Assembly: GCA_964595645.1 (NCBI GenBank)
Contig: CAZQQT010000003.1
Span: 64,001-128,000, forward strand
Direction of reading: 5' to 3'
From: an uncultured Thermococci archaeon
Lineage (GTDB): Archaea > Methanobacteriota_B > Thermococci > Methanofastidiosales > B48-G16
DNA: 64,000 nucleotides
In this document: positions 36,916 through 45,895 of the stretch, piece by piece
Layout: each line of letters starts with the position of its first letter
Position numbering within the stretch: position 1 is the stretch's first letter
Notes under the pieces: model-generated
Database searches by the model: none
What the model was told of the DNA's origin: nothing
Seen by the model: only the letters and a program-made list of their open reading frames with translations
Made by a program: the position numbers and the translations under genes

Positions 36916-37052
36916 TTTATGGTGATCGATTATTATACACAAAATAGTACCCTTTATTATAGATTTTTTTAAGAAATTCTTTTTTAATAAATCTTTTAAA
37001 TAAAATTCTTTTTTTAGAAATCTTTTTATAGACTTTTATTCATAAGATTTTT

Positions 37053-37883
37053 TTAAATAGCTTCTTTATTTAAGGGATGACTCTTTTTGTATGTACTTTC
37101 TTTATACTTGTTTGTTACGTGAGTATACTGCTGTGTAGTAGAGAGGTCGCTATGTCCAAGGAGATCTTTGATGACAACAATATCTGCATCATTTTGAAGT
37201 AGGTGAGTAGCAAAGGTGTGTCTCAGCGTATGGGGTGTGACGTCTTTCTCTATATTTGCCTTTTCAGCATATTTTTTTACGATACTTTGTACAGAACGCT
37301 GAGACATTCTTTCTCCATATTTATTTAGTATTAAGGCATTTTTTTCTTTTTTTCTTTCTTTTATGTATTTTTTCACTAATTTTTTTGTGTTTTCATCCAT
37401 AAATACAATTCTATCCTTTGATCCTTTCCCTAAATGTACAAAAACTTTTTCTTCTTCGATATCATTGACATTTAACTTACATAACTCGGAGACACGCAGT
37501 CCAGTAGCGTATAGAAGCTGTATTATCACTTTATCTCTCAAATTATCGGCGGCATTTAATAAAGCCTTTATCTCGCTACGATTTAGGAATACAGGAAGAG
37601 TCTTAGAGACCCGTGGAAGATCGATATCTTCAGCGATTTTCATGTTTTTTGTCTTATAAAAACATTTGATAGCACTTAAATATCTGTATAAGGTCTTTAA
37701 AGATAAATTTTTTTCCTTTTGGAGCTTGAACATGTATTTTTTTATTTCTTTAGCCTTTATTTTTTCATAAGGCTTGCCAATGTCTTCAAAAAAGTTTTTC
37801 AACGTATTTTTGTAGTTCCTTATTGTGTTATCAGAGTATCCTTTCAAGCTCATCTCCATCTCAAAGTCTTCTATCGCTTTCAT
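37053..37883 (-). CDS. xerA: XerA-like site-specific tyrosine recombinase
   Basis: N-terminal domain (S.NT..NY), ATGLRVSEL, GKG.KDR, TPHTLRHTFATHLL, LLGH, TTQQYTHV, all catalytic residues present; SD AAGGTG before ATG 37883. Confidence 0.88.
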   Translation of the reverse strand: MKAIEDFEMEMSLKGYSDNTIRNYKNTLKNFFEDIGKPYEKIKAKEIKKYMFKLQKEKNLSLKTLYRYLSAIKCFYKTKNMKIAEDIDLPRVSKTLPVFLNRSEIKALLNAADNLRDKVIIQLLYATGLRVSELCKLNVNDIEEEKVFVHLGKGSKDRIVFMDENTKKLVKKYIKERKKEKNALILNKYGERMSQRSVQSIVKKYAEKANIEKDVTPHTLRHTFATHLLQNDADIVVIKDLLGHSDLSTTQQYTHVTNKYKESTYKKSHPLNKEAI

Positions 37884-37887
37884 TCTT

Positions 37888-37921
37888 ACACCTTCGTATA
37901 ACATACATTATACGAAGTTAC
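37888..37921. promoter_or_regulatory. loxP-like / dif-like recombination site overlapping the xerA transcription start and SD
   Basis: ACACCTTCGTATA-ACATACAT-TATACGAAGTTAC; perfect 10-bp inverted arms around a 6-bp spacer; 30/34 identical to loxP. Confidence 0.85.
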
Positions 37922-37929
37922 TATTTAAA
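37922..37929 (-). promoter_or_regulatory. TATA box of xerA
   Basis: Minus strand CGAAACC-TTTAAATA; predicted TSS about 37900. Confidence 0.65.
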
Positions 37930-37974
37930 GGTTTCGGTCCAAATCAGCTCCATGTCGAAAATTGCATTTTTCAG

Positions 37975-37996
37975 TGAAATACCCCGGGGTATTTCA
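37975..37996. repeat. perfect 22-bp palindrome
   Basis: TGAAATACCCCGGGGTATTTCA equals its own reverse complement. Confidence 0.9.
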
Positions 37997-38278
37997 AGAC
38001 AAAAATACTGTTTTTCACACTTTGGCGAAAAATAGATACTTAATCCGGTATACGGCGGCGAGGATTGTGTGATTGTGTAGGAAGAAACAGTTTATAAAAA
38101 ATTTTTTTAAAAAATCGAAAAAATTTAATTAAACTTCTAGAAAGAGTATATAAAATTTAGTTCTTTTTTATAGATTTAAACTATTAAGTTTAAATTAAAG
38201 ACTCTAATTTTTAAGATTCTATTTATTATATCTTTTATAATACATATATTTTTCAGCATAATAGTTTTGTTCTATTTT

Positions 38279-38308
38279 TGAGACTTCAAAAAATTTTTGC
38301 ACAATTTA
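38279..38308 (-). repeat. right 30-bp inverted repeat of xerA cassette
   Basis: TGAGACTTCAAAAAATTTTTGCACAATTTA; partner of 36886-36915. Confidence 0.8.
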
Positions 38309-38387
38309 CAATGTTTCATTATTTAAGCATATATTTTTATCATCCGCGAACAGAAAATTTTTTATCTTTTGATAAGAAGTATTCACT

Positions 38388-38591
38388 ATGGCGAGAAAGA
38401 AAAGTGAGATTGAGAAATTGAACATGACAATGGATCTCTCTACGCTTACTACCTACTTGGATGATCTCCAAAGGAGATGGTCCTTCAGTACCATTCGTCA
38501 GGTGTCGATTCGTGAAGGACGAAGAAGAACTGTTGCAACAATTGATAAACTGTTTGAAGATCTTAGAGAAGAAATTAAGACTCTAAAGTGA
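38388..38591 (+). CDS. small hypothetical protein (67 aa)
   Basis: Clean ORF with a TATA-like element about 26 nt upstream of the ATG. Confidence 0.6.
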   Translation: MARKKSEIEKLNMTMDLSTLTTYLDDLQRRWSFSTIRQVSIREGRRRTVATIDKLFEDLREEIKTLK

Positions 38592-38676
38592 GACAAAATC
38601 TATGATGTGTCTAAATGATATTTTTTGACCTTTTAACCTAGGTTAATAAGATAAAAAAATATGAAGAAAGAACGTG

Positions 38677-40125
38677 TTATTGTTTCTTCCTTAAAACATC
38701 TACAAGATCCGCTATTTTCACCCGTTCCTGCTCCATGGAGTCCCTATCTCGTATCGTGACGGTGTCGTCTTCTAGTGTATCGTAATCGATGGTGATGCAG
38801 TATGGTGTTCCTATCTCATCCTGCCTCCTGTACCGTTTCCCGATAGATCCTGAGTCATCGTACCGTACGCGGAATTCCTTCGAAAGGATGCTGTAGACTT
38901 TCTGTGCTTTTTTTGCAAGGTTATCCTTACTCATCAGCGGGAAAACAGCACAGTAGTAAGGTGCTACTCTTTTTGGAAGTTTTAACGTTGTTCTTTTTTC
39001 AGTTTCTTCGTAACCGATATCGAGCAGTGCCCATAAGTTCCTATCTATCCCAAAACTTAACTCTAACACATGCGGAATAAACTTTTTCCCGTCTACATGC
39101 ACCGTTAAGTTTTCATTGGACAACTTCTGGTGCCTTGAAAGGTCGTGATCCGTTCTATAGTGGATCCCAGCCACTTCCTTAAATCCTCCAATGGAGTCCA
39201 TTTTTAGTTCAATATCCCAGTGGATCTTGTTGTAGAACGCTTTCTCATCTTCAGAAAGTTCTCTAAATCTAAAGATCTCTTTTGGAAGGTTTAACGTCTC
39301 GAGATAAAAATCTTGGATTTTTGCCATGTGGAATACATAAAATCTTGGCAGATCGAGATCCTTACATCTTACTTCTCTTGTTTTTTTTCCCCTATTCTCT
39401 ATAGCGCAGATTCGTAGTTTCTTCTCCTTTACCGAATCGAAATTTTCATGGGTGTCAAAGTTATCGGGATCGAAGAATATCTGAAGTTCGGCCTGATGGA
39501 ACTCTCGCAGACGGTAGAATCCTTGTCGTGGAGAAATTTCATTTCTAAACGCCTTTCCTACAATTGCGAGACCTAGCGGTATTTTATTTCTCTGTGCGAT
39601 GAAGGATCGTTTAAACGCTAAAAAAGCACCTTGGGCTGTTTCCGGTCGCAGGTACCCCTGAATAACAGAATCTCCAGCACCTATCTCTGATCCAAACATA
39701 AGATTGAAAAATTTTACACTCAATGGCCCTTTACACTGTGGACATCGCAGGTCGTGTTCATTGATGACTTCCTCTATCTCCTCTAGATTCATCCCTTCGG
39801 AGGAGATTTCTAGTTGTTCCTCGGTGAGATCATCAGCTTTGTAGCGGGAGTGGCAAGAGCTACACTCTGCAAGAATATCATTAAAGCTTTCAAGATGCCC
39901 CGATGCTTCGAACACTTCCTTGGGCAGTATATTTGACGTTGAAACTTCATGGAAGTTGGGATGCAACCCCAGAAAATGGGATCTCCAGAGGGTTTCCCAT
40001 GAATTCTTTATCTTCGTCCCCAGTGGTCCGTAGTCCCAGAATCCTTTTACACCACCGTATATTTCAGCAGAGGGAAAAAGTATTCCCCGTCTCAGACAGA
40101 GGTTCATTATTTCATCAGTTTTCAT
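38677..40125 (-). CDS. glyS: glycyl-tRNA synthetase (alpha2, archaeal/eukaryotic type)
   Basis: YLRPETAQG, FRNEISPR, REF.QAE, SFGIDR, SIGKRYRRQDEIG. Confidence 0.96.
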   Translation of the reverse strand: MKTDEIMNLCLRRGILFPSAEIYGGVKGFWDYGPLGTKIKNSWETLWRSHFLGLHPNFHEVSTSNILPKEVFEASGHLESFNDILAECSSCHSRYKADDLTEEQLEISSEGMNLEEIEEVINEHDLRCPQCKGPLSVKFFNLMFGSEIGAGDSVIQGYLRPETAQGAFLAFKRSFIAQRNKIPLGLAIVGKAFRNEISPRQGFYRLREFHQAELQIFFDPDNFDTHENFDSVKEKKLRICAIENRGKKTREVRCKDLDLPRFYVFHMAKIQDFYLETLNLPKEIFRFRELSEDEKAFYNKIHWDIELKMDSIGGFKEVAGIHYRTDHDLSRHQKLSNENLTVHVDGKKFIPHVLELSFGIDRNLWALLDIGYEETEKRTTLKLPKRVAPYYCAVFPLMSKDNLAKKAQKVYSILSKEFRVRYDDSGSIGKRYRRQDEIGTPYCITIDYDTLEDDTVTIRDRDSMEQERVKIADLVDVLRKKQ

Positions 40126-40200
40126 CTATTCACCTACATTATGAATGCTATCTATGGTACAGGGCAAACGATTTATAAAAAGATTTGCTTATACGATCAG

Positions 40201-40755
40201 ATGTATGATGTATATCCACCATCAGAAGATACGTTTTTACTGTTGGACACGTTGAAAAAAGAAGATGTAGAAGGAAAAAGTTGTTTAGAGATAGGGGTGG
40301 GATCAGGAGCGATCACCGAGTTCCTCTCACAGTACAACACTGTCGATGGCGTTGATATAAACTCAAAAGCTATTGAGGTTACGCGGAAAAAATGTGAGAA
40401 TGCGAACATCTTTTACAGCGACCTTTTTTCTCATATTGACAAAACGTATGATGTGATCGTATTTAACCCACCCTATGTACCTGAAAAACAGAGATTTGAT
40501 CATATGTACGATAGGTCGTGGTATGGTGGAGAAAATGGGAGAGTAGTAATAGATAGATTTCTCGCCGAGTTCGATGATTTTTTGAACCTGGAAGGCTGTG
40601 CGTATCTATTACAGTCCTCCCTTAGCGATCCGCTGAAGACACTGCGTATCCTAAAACAGAAGGGATTTATCAGTGAGATACTGGCACGGAAAAAATTATT
40701 TTTTGAGGAACTTACAGTTATAAAAAGTAGAAGAGAGAAGTACTACCAATGGTGA
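40201..40755 (+). CDS. HemK2/Mtq2-like N5-glutamine methyltransferase
   Basis: VYPPSEDTFLL, EIGVGSG, FNPPY, GG.NGR, FFEEL. Confidence 0.92.
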   Translation: MYDVYPPSEDTFLLLDTLKKEDVEGKSCLEIGVGSGAITEFLSQYNTVDGVDINSKAIEVTRKKCENANIFYSDLFSHIDKTYDVIVFNPPYVPEKQRFDHMYDRSWYGGENGRVVIDRFLAEFDDFLNLEGCAYLLQSSLSDPLKTLRILKQKGFISEILARKKLFFEELTVIKSRREKYYQW

Positions 40756-40759
40756 TCGA

Positions 40760-41992
40760 ATGAAGAGAGTGAAAGTCAGGAAGGATGATAATATCTATGA
40801 AGGGATCGAGATCCCCTCTGCAGAGAAAAACTTTTTCGTGTTGAAGCTCGACAATGGCTATAACATCGGATTTAGGAAGGAAGATATCCGGGTAGAGGTC
40901 GTTGAAGAGTTCGAAAAGGAATCTCCGATCGCAGAAGAAGGATCCGTAACTCACAATGAGGAGTTGGAGGATGTAGCGATAATAGGAACTGGAGGGACTA
41001 TCGCGTCGAAGATCGATTACACCACTGGAGCTGTTTATCCAGCCTTTACCCCGAAGGAACTTGAGGAAATGGTCCCAGAGATCTTCGAGATCGCCAATAT
41101 CTATCCTCGAGAGGTACTCCAGATTCTCAGTGAAAATATGGATGTAAAAAAGTGGAAGACAATTGGAAATGCTGTGATGGAGGAGATAGAAAAGGGACGA
41201 CGTATTGTAATCGGCCACGGTACTGATACCATGCACTATACTGCATCCTTCCTCTCGTTCACGCTGAAAAACCTGAATGTTCCCGTGGTGTTGACCGGAT
41301 CACAGCGATCCTCTGATAGACCATCCAGCGATTCGCGAATGAATCTCTTCTGTTCTGTAGCATTTGCCACGACGAACTACAATAACGTAGTAATCTGCAT
41401 GCACGGGACCATGGAGGACACCTTTTGCGACGTGCACAGAGGAACCAAGGTGAGAAAAAATCATACCTCCCGCCGAGACGCGTTTACAAGTATCAATACT
41501 TCTCCAGTCGCCCAGGTATATGCCAACGGCACTATCGAATTTCATGAAAAATTACCAGAGAATTCTGCAGAGAATCCATACTTTGACAAGAAACTTGAGG
41601 AGAAAGTCTTTCTTTTAAAGATATTTCCCGGCATCTCGCCGCTTATACTGGACAACCTCATCGATCAAGGGTACAAAGGTATTGTATTAGAAGGTACAGG
41701 ATTGGGGCATGTTCCCTCGTCATTGTATGACACCATTGAGAGAGGGGTTGAAGAGGATGTGATCTTCTGCATGACATCTCAGTGCATGTATGGCAGAGTG
41801 AGTATGAACGTGTACCAGACGGGAAGGAAGCTGCAGGAACTGAGAGTAATTTCCTGCGAGGATATTTTCCCTGAAGCATGCTATACGAAAATGATGCATG
41901 TTCTCGGCCACACAACTTCGTATGATGAGGTAAAGACGTTGATGAAAACAAATATTGCGGGAGAGATCACGCAGGATACGGTGGTTCAATGA
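40760..41992 (+). CDS. gatD: Glu-tRNA(Gln) amidotransferase subunit D
   Basis: KLDNGYNIG, TGGTIAS, HGTDT, GSQRSSDRPSSD. Confidence 0.96.
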   Translation: MKRVKVRKDDNIYEGIEIPSAEKNFFVLKLDNGYNIGFRKEDIRVEVVEEFEKESPIAEEGSVTHNEELEDVAIIGTGGTIASKIDYTTGAVYPAFTPKELEEMVPEIFEIANIYPREVLQILSENMDVKKWKTIGNAVMEEIEKGRRIVIGHGTDTMHYTASFLSFTLKNLNVPVVLTGSQRSSDRPSSDSRMNLFCSVAFATTNYNNVVICMHGTMEDTFCDVHRGTKVRKNHTSRRDAFTSINTSPVAQVYANGTIEFHEKLPENSAENPYFDKKLEEKVFLLKIFPGISPLILDNLIDQGYKGIVLEGTGLGHVPSSLYDTIERGVEEDVIFCMTSQCMYGRVSMNVYQTGRKLQELRVISCEDIFPEACYTKMMHVLGHTTSYDEVKTLMKTNIAGEITQDTVVQ

Positions 41993-43794
41993 AGGCAGGA
42001 CTGGAAATTCACGCGCAATTGAACACGGAGAAGTTATTTTGCAGTTGTGATACCACACTAAAAGATGATGATCCTACCAAAGAAATAGAACGAAAACTTC
42101 ATGTTACGGTGAGTGAACTAAATGAAGTGGACAGAGCTGCCTTTGAGGAGAGCTTGAAAGATAAGAAACACGTGTACGAAGCATTTGATGATTCATGTCT
42201 GGTTTATCTCGATGAAGAACCGCCGCATGATCCGAATAACGAGGCAATAGAGACAGCACTGACAGTTGCACTTTTGCTGAATGCAGATATTGTAGATCAA
42301 ATTCACTTTATGCGAAAGATCGTAATCGATGGAAGCAATGTGTCTGGATTTCAGCGAACAGCGATTATCGGACTTAATGGTATTGTTGAAACAGAGAACG
42401 GCACTGTAGAAGTTCCAACTATTTGTCTAGAGGAGGATGCTGCAAGACGAGATAAAGAAGAAAACAACACAGTATACTGGAAGATTGACAGACTCGGTAC
42501 CCCATTAATAGAGATAGCTACCTCACCTACGATAAAAAGTCCCGAACAGGGGAGAGAAGTCGCGTTGTTCATAGGAAATATTCTGAAGGCCACGGAAAGG
42601 CTCAAACATGGAATAGGAACGATACGTCAGGATCTTAATATTTCGATACCTGAGGGTGCGAGAATAGAGATCAAGGGGGTGCAGGAGCTGAACATGATCC
42701 CCATGTATATCGAAGAAGAAGTGAAACGACAAAAAGCTCTTCTCACAATAAAGGAAGAACTCCACAAGAGAAATGCACAGGTGGGAGATATATTCGATGT
42801 GACAGATCTTTTTGAGGATACGCACTCTAATATAGTAAAAAAGGCGGATAAGGTTCTTGTGTTAAAACTAAAGAATTTTTCTGGACTTTTGGGAAGAGAA
42901 ATACAGGAGAAGAGACGATTCGGATCCGAACTTGCAGATTACGCTAGCAAGTATGTTCCGGGACTGTTCCATTCGGATGAACTGCCTGCATACGGCATTA
43001 CCGAGGGAGAGAAAATAGATGTACTCGAGGAGCTTGGAACAGACAGTTTTGTGTTAGTAGCATCCACAGAAGAGAAGGCGGAAAAGGCTCTGAAAGAAGT
43101 AAAAGAGAGACTAAAAATAGCGTTTAAAGGCGTTCCCGAAGAAACGAGGAAGCCATTGGACACAGGTGCCTCGTCGTATGCCCGGCCATTGCCTGGAGAG
43201 GCAAGAATGTACCCAGAGACAGATGTTCCTCCATACCATGTCTCTCGCGATACTGTTGAAACACTGAAAGATAAGCTGCCGGAACTTCCAAAGGAGAAAA
43301 AAGAACGGTTGATGAGAGAGTACGATCTCAATGAAGAGAACACTATAAAGATAATGAATTATGATCCCGATTTCTTCGAGAAAGTAATGGAAAAGTACGA
43401 AATAAAGCCCACACTGTTCCTAAAAGCCGCAGAAACATACAGAAGTTTTGGTGCCGGGGAGTTGAAGGATCTGGATGTGGTGTTTGAGTATCTTTCTCAG
43501 GATAAGTTGGTGAAAGAAGGGATAGAGAATGTGTTGGAGGAATTTTCTAAAGGTAACAAAGATATAGATACCATTATAGAGACGTACAACCTCACTCCGC
43601 TCTCGGATAAATACGCAGAGGAAACAATACAAGAAATAGTACAAAAAAATAGAGATGTTATCGAGGAAAAGGAAGAAAGAGCTATTTCTGCATTGATGGG
43701 GGAGTGTATGAAAGCACTGAGGGGTAAAGTCGATGGAAAAACAGTGAATGAGATTCTTAGGAAAGAAATAGAAAAAATTCGCAATCATGAGTAA
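41989..43794 (+). CDS. gatE: Glu-tRNA(Gln) amidotransferase subunit E
   Basis: GLEIH.QL, DGSN.SGFQRT, GTIRQD, RMYPETD. Confidence 0.96.
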   Translation: MKAGLEIHAQLNTEKLFCSCDTTLKDDDPTKEIERKLHVTVSELNEVDRAAFEESLKDKKHVYEAFDDSCLVYLDEEPPHDPNNEAIETALTVALLLNADIVDQIHFMRKIVIDGSNVSGFQRTAIIGLNGIVETENGTVEVPTICLEEDAARRDKEENNTVYWKIDRLGTPLIEIATSPTIKSPEQGREVALFIGNILKATERLKHGIGTIRQDLNISIPEGARIEIKGVQELNMIPMYIEEEVKRQKALLTIKEELHKRNAQVGDIFDVTDLFEDTHSNIVKKADKVLVLKLKNFSGLLGREIQEKRRFGSELADYASKYVPGLFHSDELPAYGITEGEKIDVLEELGTDSFVLVASTEEKAEKALKEVKERLKIAFKGVPEETRKPLDTGASSYARPLPGEARMYPETDVPPYHVSRDTVETLKDKLPELPKEKKERLMREYDLNEENTIKIMNYDPDFFEKVMEKYEIKPTLFLKAAETYRSFGAGELKDLDVVFEYLSQDKLVKEGIENVLEEFSKGNKDIDTIIETYNLTPLSDKYAEETIQEIVQKNRDVIEEKEERAISALMGECMKALRGKVDGKTVNEILRKEIEKIRNHE

Positions 43795-43931
43795 AATACA
43801 GCAAAAAAATCTAATTGAGGATTTAAATCAGAGGAAAATCAGTTCTAAAGATATCTTAATCCGAAATATTAATAAAGTGAGCTGTATCCTTATAAGTTAG
43901 CACAAGTTGAAAGACTTTCGGTGTTTCATAT

Positions 43932-45842
43932 ATGAAAGACAAGAATAACACAGAGAATGAACTCTTGGCAGTGCATGAACAGTATCTCATCGAAAACGCA
44001 ACCGATATTATATTTATTCAGGATTTGGATCTTAATTTACATTATGTAAGTCCCTCTGTCGAATCTTTGGCAGGTTACACTGTTGAAGAAGCGTTAGAAC
44101 TCACAGTGAAAGATTTATTAACAGTCGATTCATTTGAGAAGGCCCAAAAAAGCCTTCAAAGATATGTAGAATTAGCCAAAGAGAAAAAAAATGTAAATGT
44201 TCCGCTCATGCAGTACGAGTATGTGAGAAAGGATGGCTCTACCTTCTGGGGGGAACTGCGAGTGAGATTCTTACGTGATTCCACCGGCCATCCTGTTGGT
44301 GTTCATGGGATTTTACGAGATATTACAGAGCGCAAGCGGGTAGATGAGGCGTTACGTAAGAGTAAAAATAAAATTGAAGAGCTCCATAGTATTGCAACAC
44401 AGTTGGGGGTCTGCAGTTCAGAAGAGGAGGTCTATAAGATTGCTGTAGATGCAGCCGAGAATGTTCTCGATTTTGATGTTGTTGAAGTATTAATACGAGA
44501 AGGTGACATGCTTGCAGTGAAAGCAAAATCCAGTTCCCTACCAGATATTGAAGCACAGGATATGGGAATCAATGAAGGCGTTGCGGGTAAAACCTACCAA
44601 ACAAATCAATCCTACCTTTCGGGCAATGTAAAAAAGGATAGGATAGCTAGTCCATCCTCAGATAAATATCGATCAGGTATAAGTATACCTATTGGAACAC
44701 TGGGGGTATTTCAGGCAATATCAACTGAAACAAACAGTTTTAACCAGGAAGATCTCAAAATGGGAGAACTTCTTGTTTCACATGTTCGAGAAGCCCTTGA
44801 CAGAATTCAACATGAAGAGGCACTGCGAAAAAGTGAAGAGAAGTACCGTACCTTGTTTGAACGTGTCCCTGTTGGGATCTACCGTACTACCCCTGAAGGA
44901 AAAATAATAGATACGAATCCTGCACTGATCGAGATGCTCGGTTACCCGAATCGGGATCTTCTCTTAACTCGAGAAGCAGACGATCTTTTCATAGAATCGT
45001 ATGATAGAGAACGAGAAAAAGCTTTTTTAGAAAGAAATGGAGAAATAAGAAACTTTACAAGTCAAATGCGTCGTTATGATGGTACTATCATTTGGGTGCA
45101 GGACAATGCTCGAGCTGTCCTAGATGAATATGACAATGTACTTTTTTATGAGGGCAGTCTCCAAGATATCACCCAGCGTAAGAAAGCGGAAGAGGAAGCA
45201 GAGTTTTATAATTCTCTATTGAGGCATGATATCAGTAACAAGATCCAGGTGATGATGGGCTATCTAGGAATGCTTGAAAGAACAGATCTCTCTGACAAGC
45301 AAGAGACATTTGTTAAAAAGGCAGTCTCTGCAGCAAAAAGTAGCAGTGATCTGATTCGAAAAGTAAGGGATTTGGAGAAATTAAAGGATACACAGGAACT
45401 GATAACGCTTTCTCTCGATGACGTTATCGTTGATACAATCCAAAACTTTTCTCATCACATAGAAGACAAAGGAATTAAAGTAACATACGATCTGTCAGAA
45501 ATACGAGTAAAAGCAAGTCCTCTACTCGAAGAGATATTCGTTAACCTAATACAAAATGCAGTTATACATTCTGGATGTAACGAGATTACAATCCACGCTT
45601 CATCTGGGAAGGAATACTATCTTGTTTCTATTGAAGATGATGGAAAAGGTATACCTAATGAGTACAAAAAAAGGATCTTTCAAAGAAGTGTAAAGGGAAC
45701 GGAGAGTGAAGGAAGTGGTATTGGTCTTCACCTTGTAAAAATGATTTTAGAAAGTTTTAACGGAAAAATAGAAGTAGTTGACAGGGTTGAAGGAAATTAT
45801 TCGAAAGGTACGCGCTTTAATGTCTATATTCCACGACGGTAG
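43932..45842 (+). CDS. PAS-GAF-PAS sensor histidine kinase
   Basis: Two PAS/PAC domains (DITERK, DITQRK), GAF, H-box RHDISN, N-box NL..NA, DDG.G, GSGIGL. Confidence 0.93.
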   Translation: MKDKNNTENELLAVHEQYLIENATDIIFIQDLDLNLHYVSPSVESLAGYTVEEALELTVKDLLTVDSFEKAQKSLQRYVELAKEKKNVNVPLMQYEYVRKDGSTFWGELRVRFLRDSTGHPVGVHGILRDITERKRVDEALRKSKNKIEELHSIATQLGVCSSEEEVYKIAVDAAENVLDFDVVEVLIREGDMLAVKAKSSSLPDIEAQDMGINEGVAGKTYQTNQSYLSGNVKKDRIASPSSDKYRSGISIPIGTLGVFQAISTETNSFNQEDLKMGELLVSHVREALDRIQHEEALRKSEEKYRTLFERVPVGIYRTTPEGKIIDTNPALIEMLGYPNRDLLLTREADDLFIESYDREREKAFLERNGEIRNFTSQMRRYDGTIIWVQDNARAVLDEYDNVLFYEGSLQDITQRKKAEEEAEFYNSLLRHDISNKIQVMMGYLGMLERTDLSDKQETFVKKAVSAAKSSSDLIRKVRDLEKLKDTQELITLSLDDVIVDTIQNFSHHIEDKGIKVTYDLSEIRVKASPLLEEIFVNLIQNAVIHSGCNEITIHASSGKEYYLVSIEDDGKGIPNEYKKRIFQRSVKGTESEGSGIGLHLVKMILESFNGKIEVVDRVEGNYSKGTRFNVYIPRR

Positions 45843-45895
45843 ATTTACAAAGTCTTCAATTCATTTAAAAGGGAGATAAAGAAAAAAAGTGAGTT

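Noticed and set aside
37888-37921. Cloning-vector loxP contamination
   Set aside because: Four mismatches to loxP, two of which form the host-type SD; embedded between a native TATA box and ATG; no recognisable vector sequence nearby.
38174-38195. ATTTAAAC-N6-GTTTAAAT as a second dif-like site
   Set aside because: Short, in very AT-rich DNA, and unlike the CTTCGTATAA arms.
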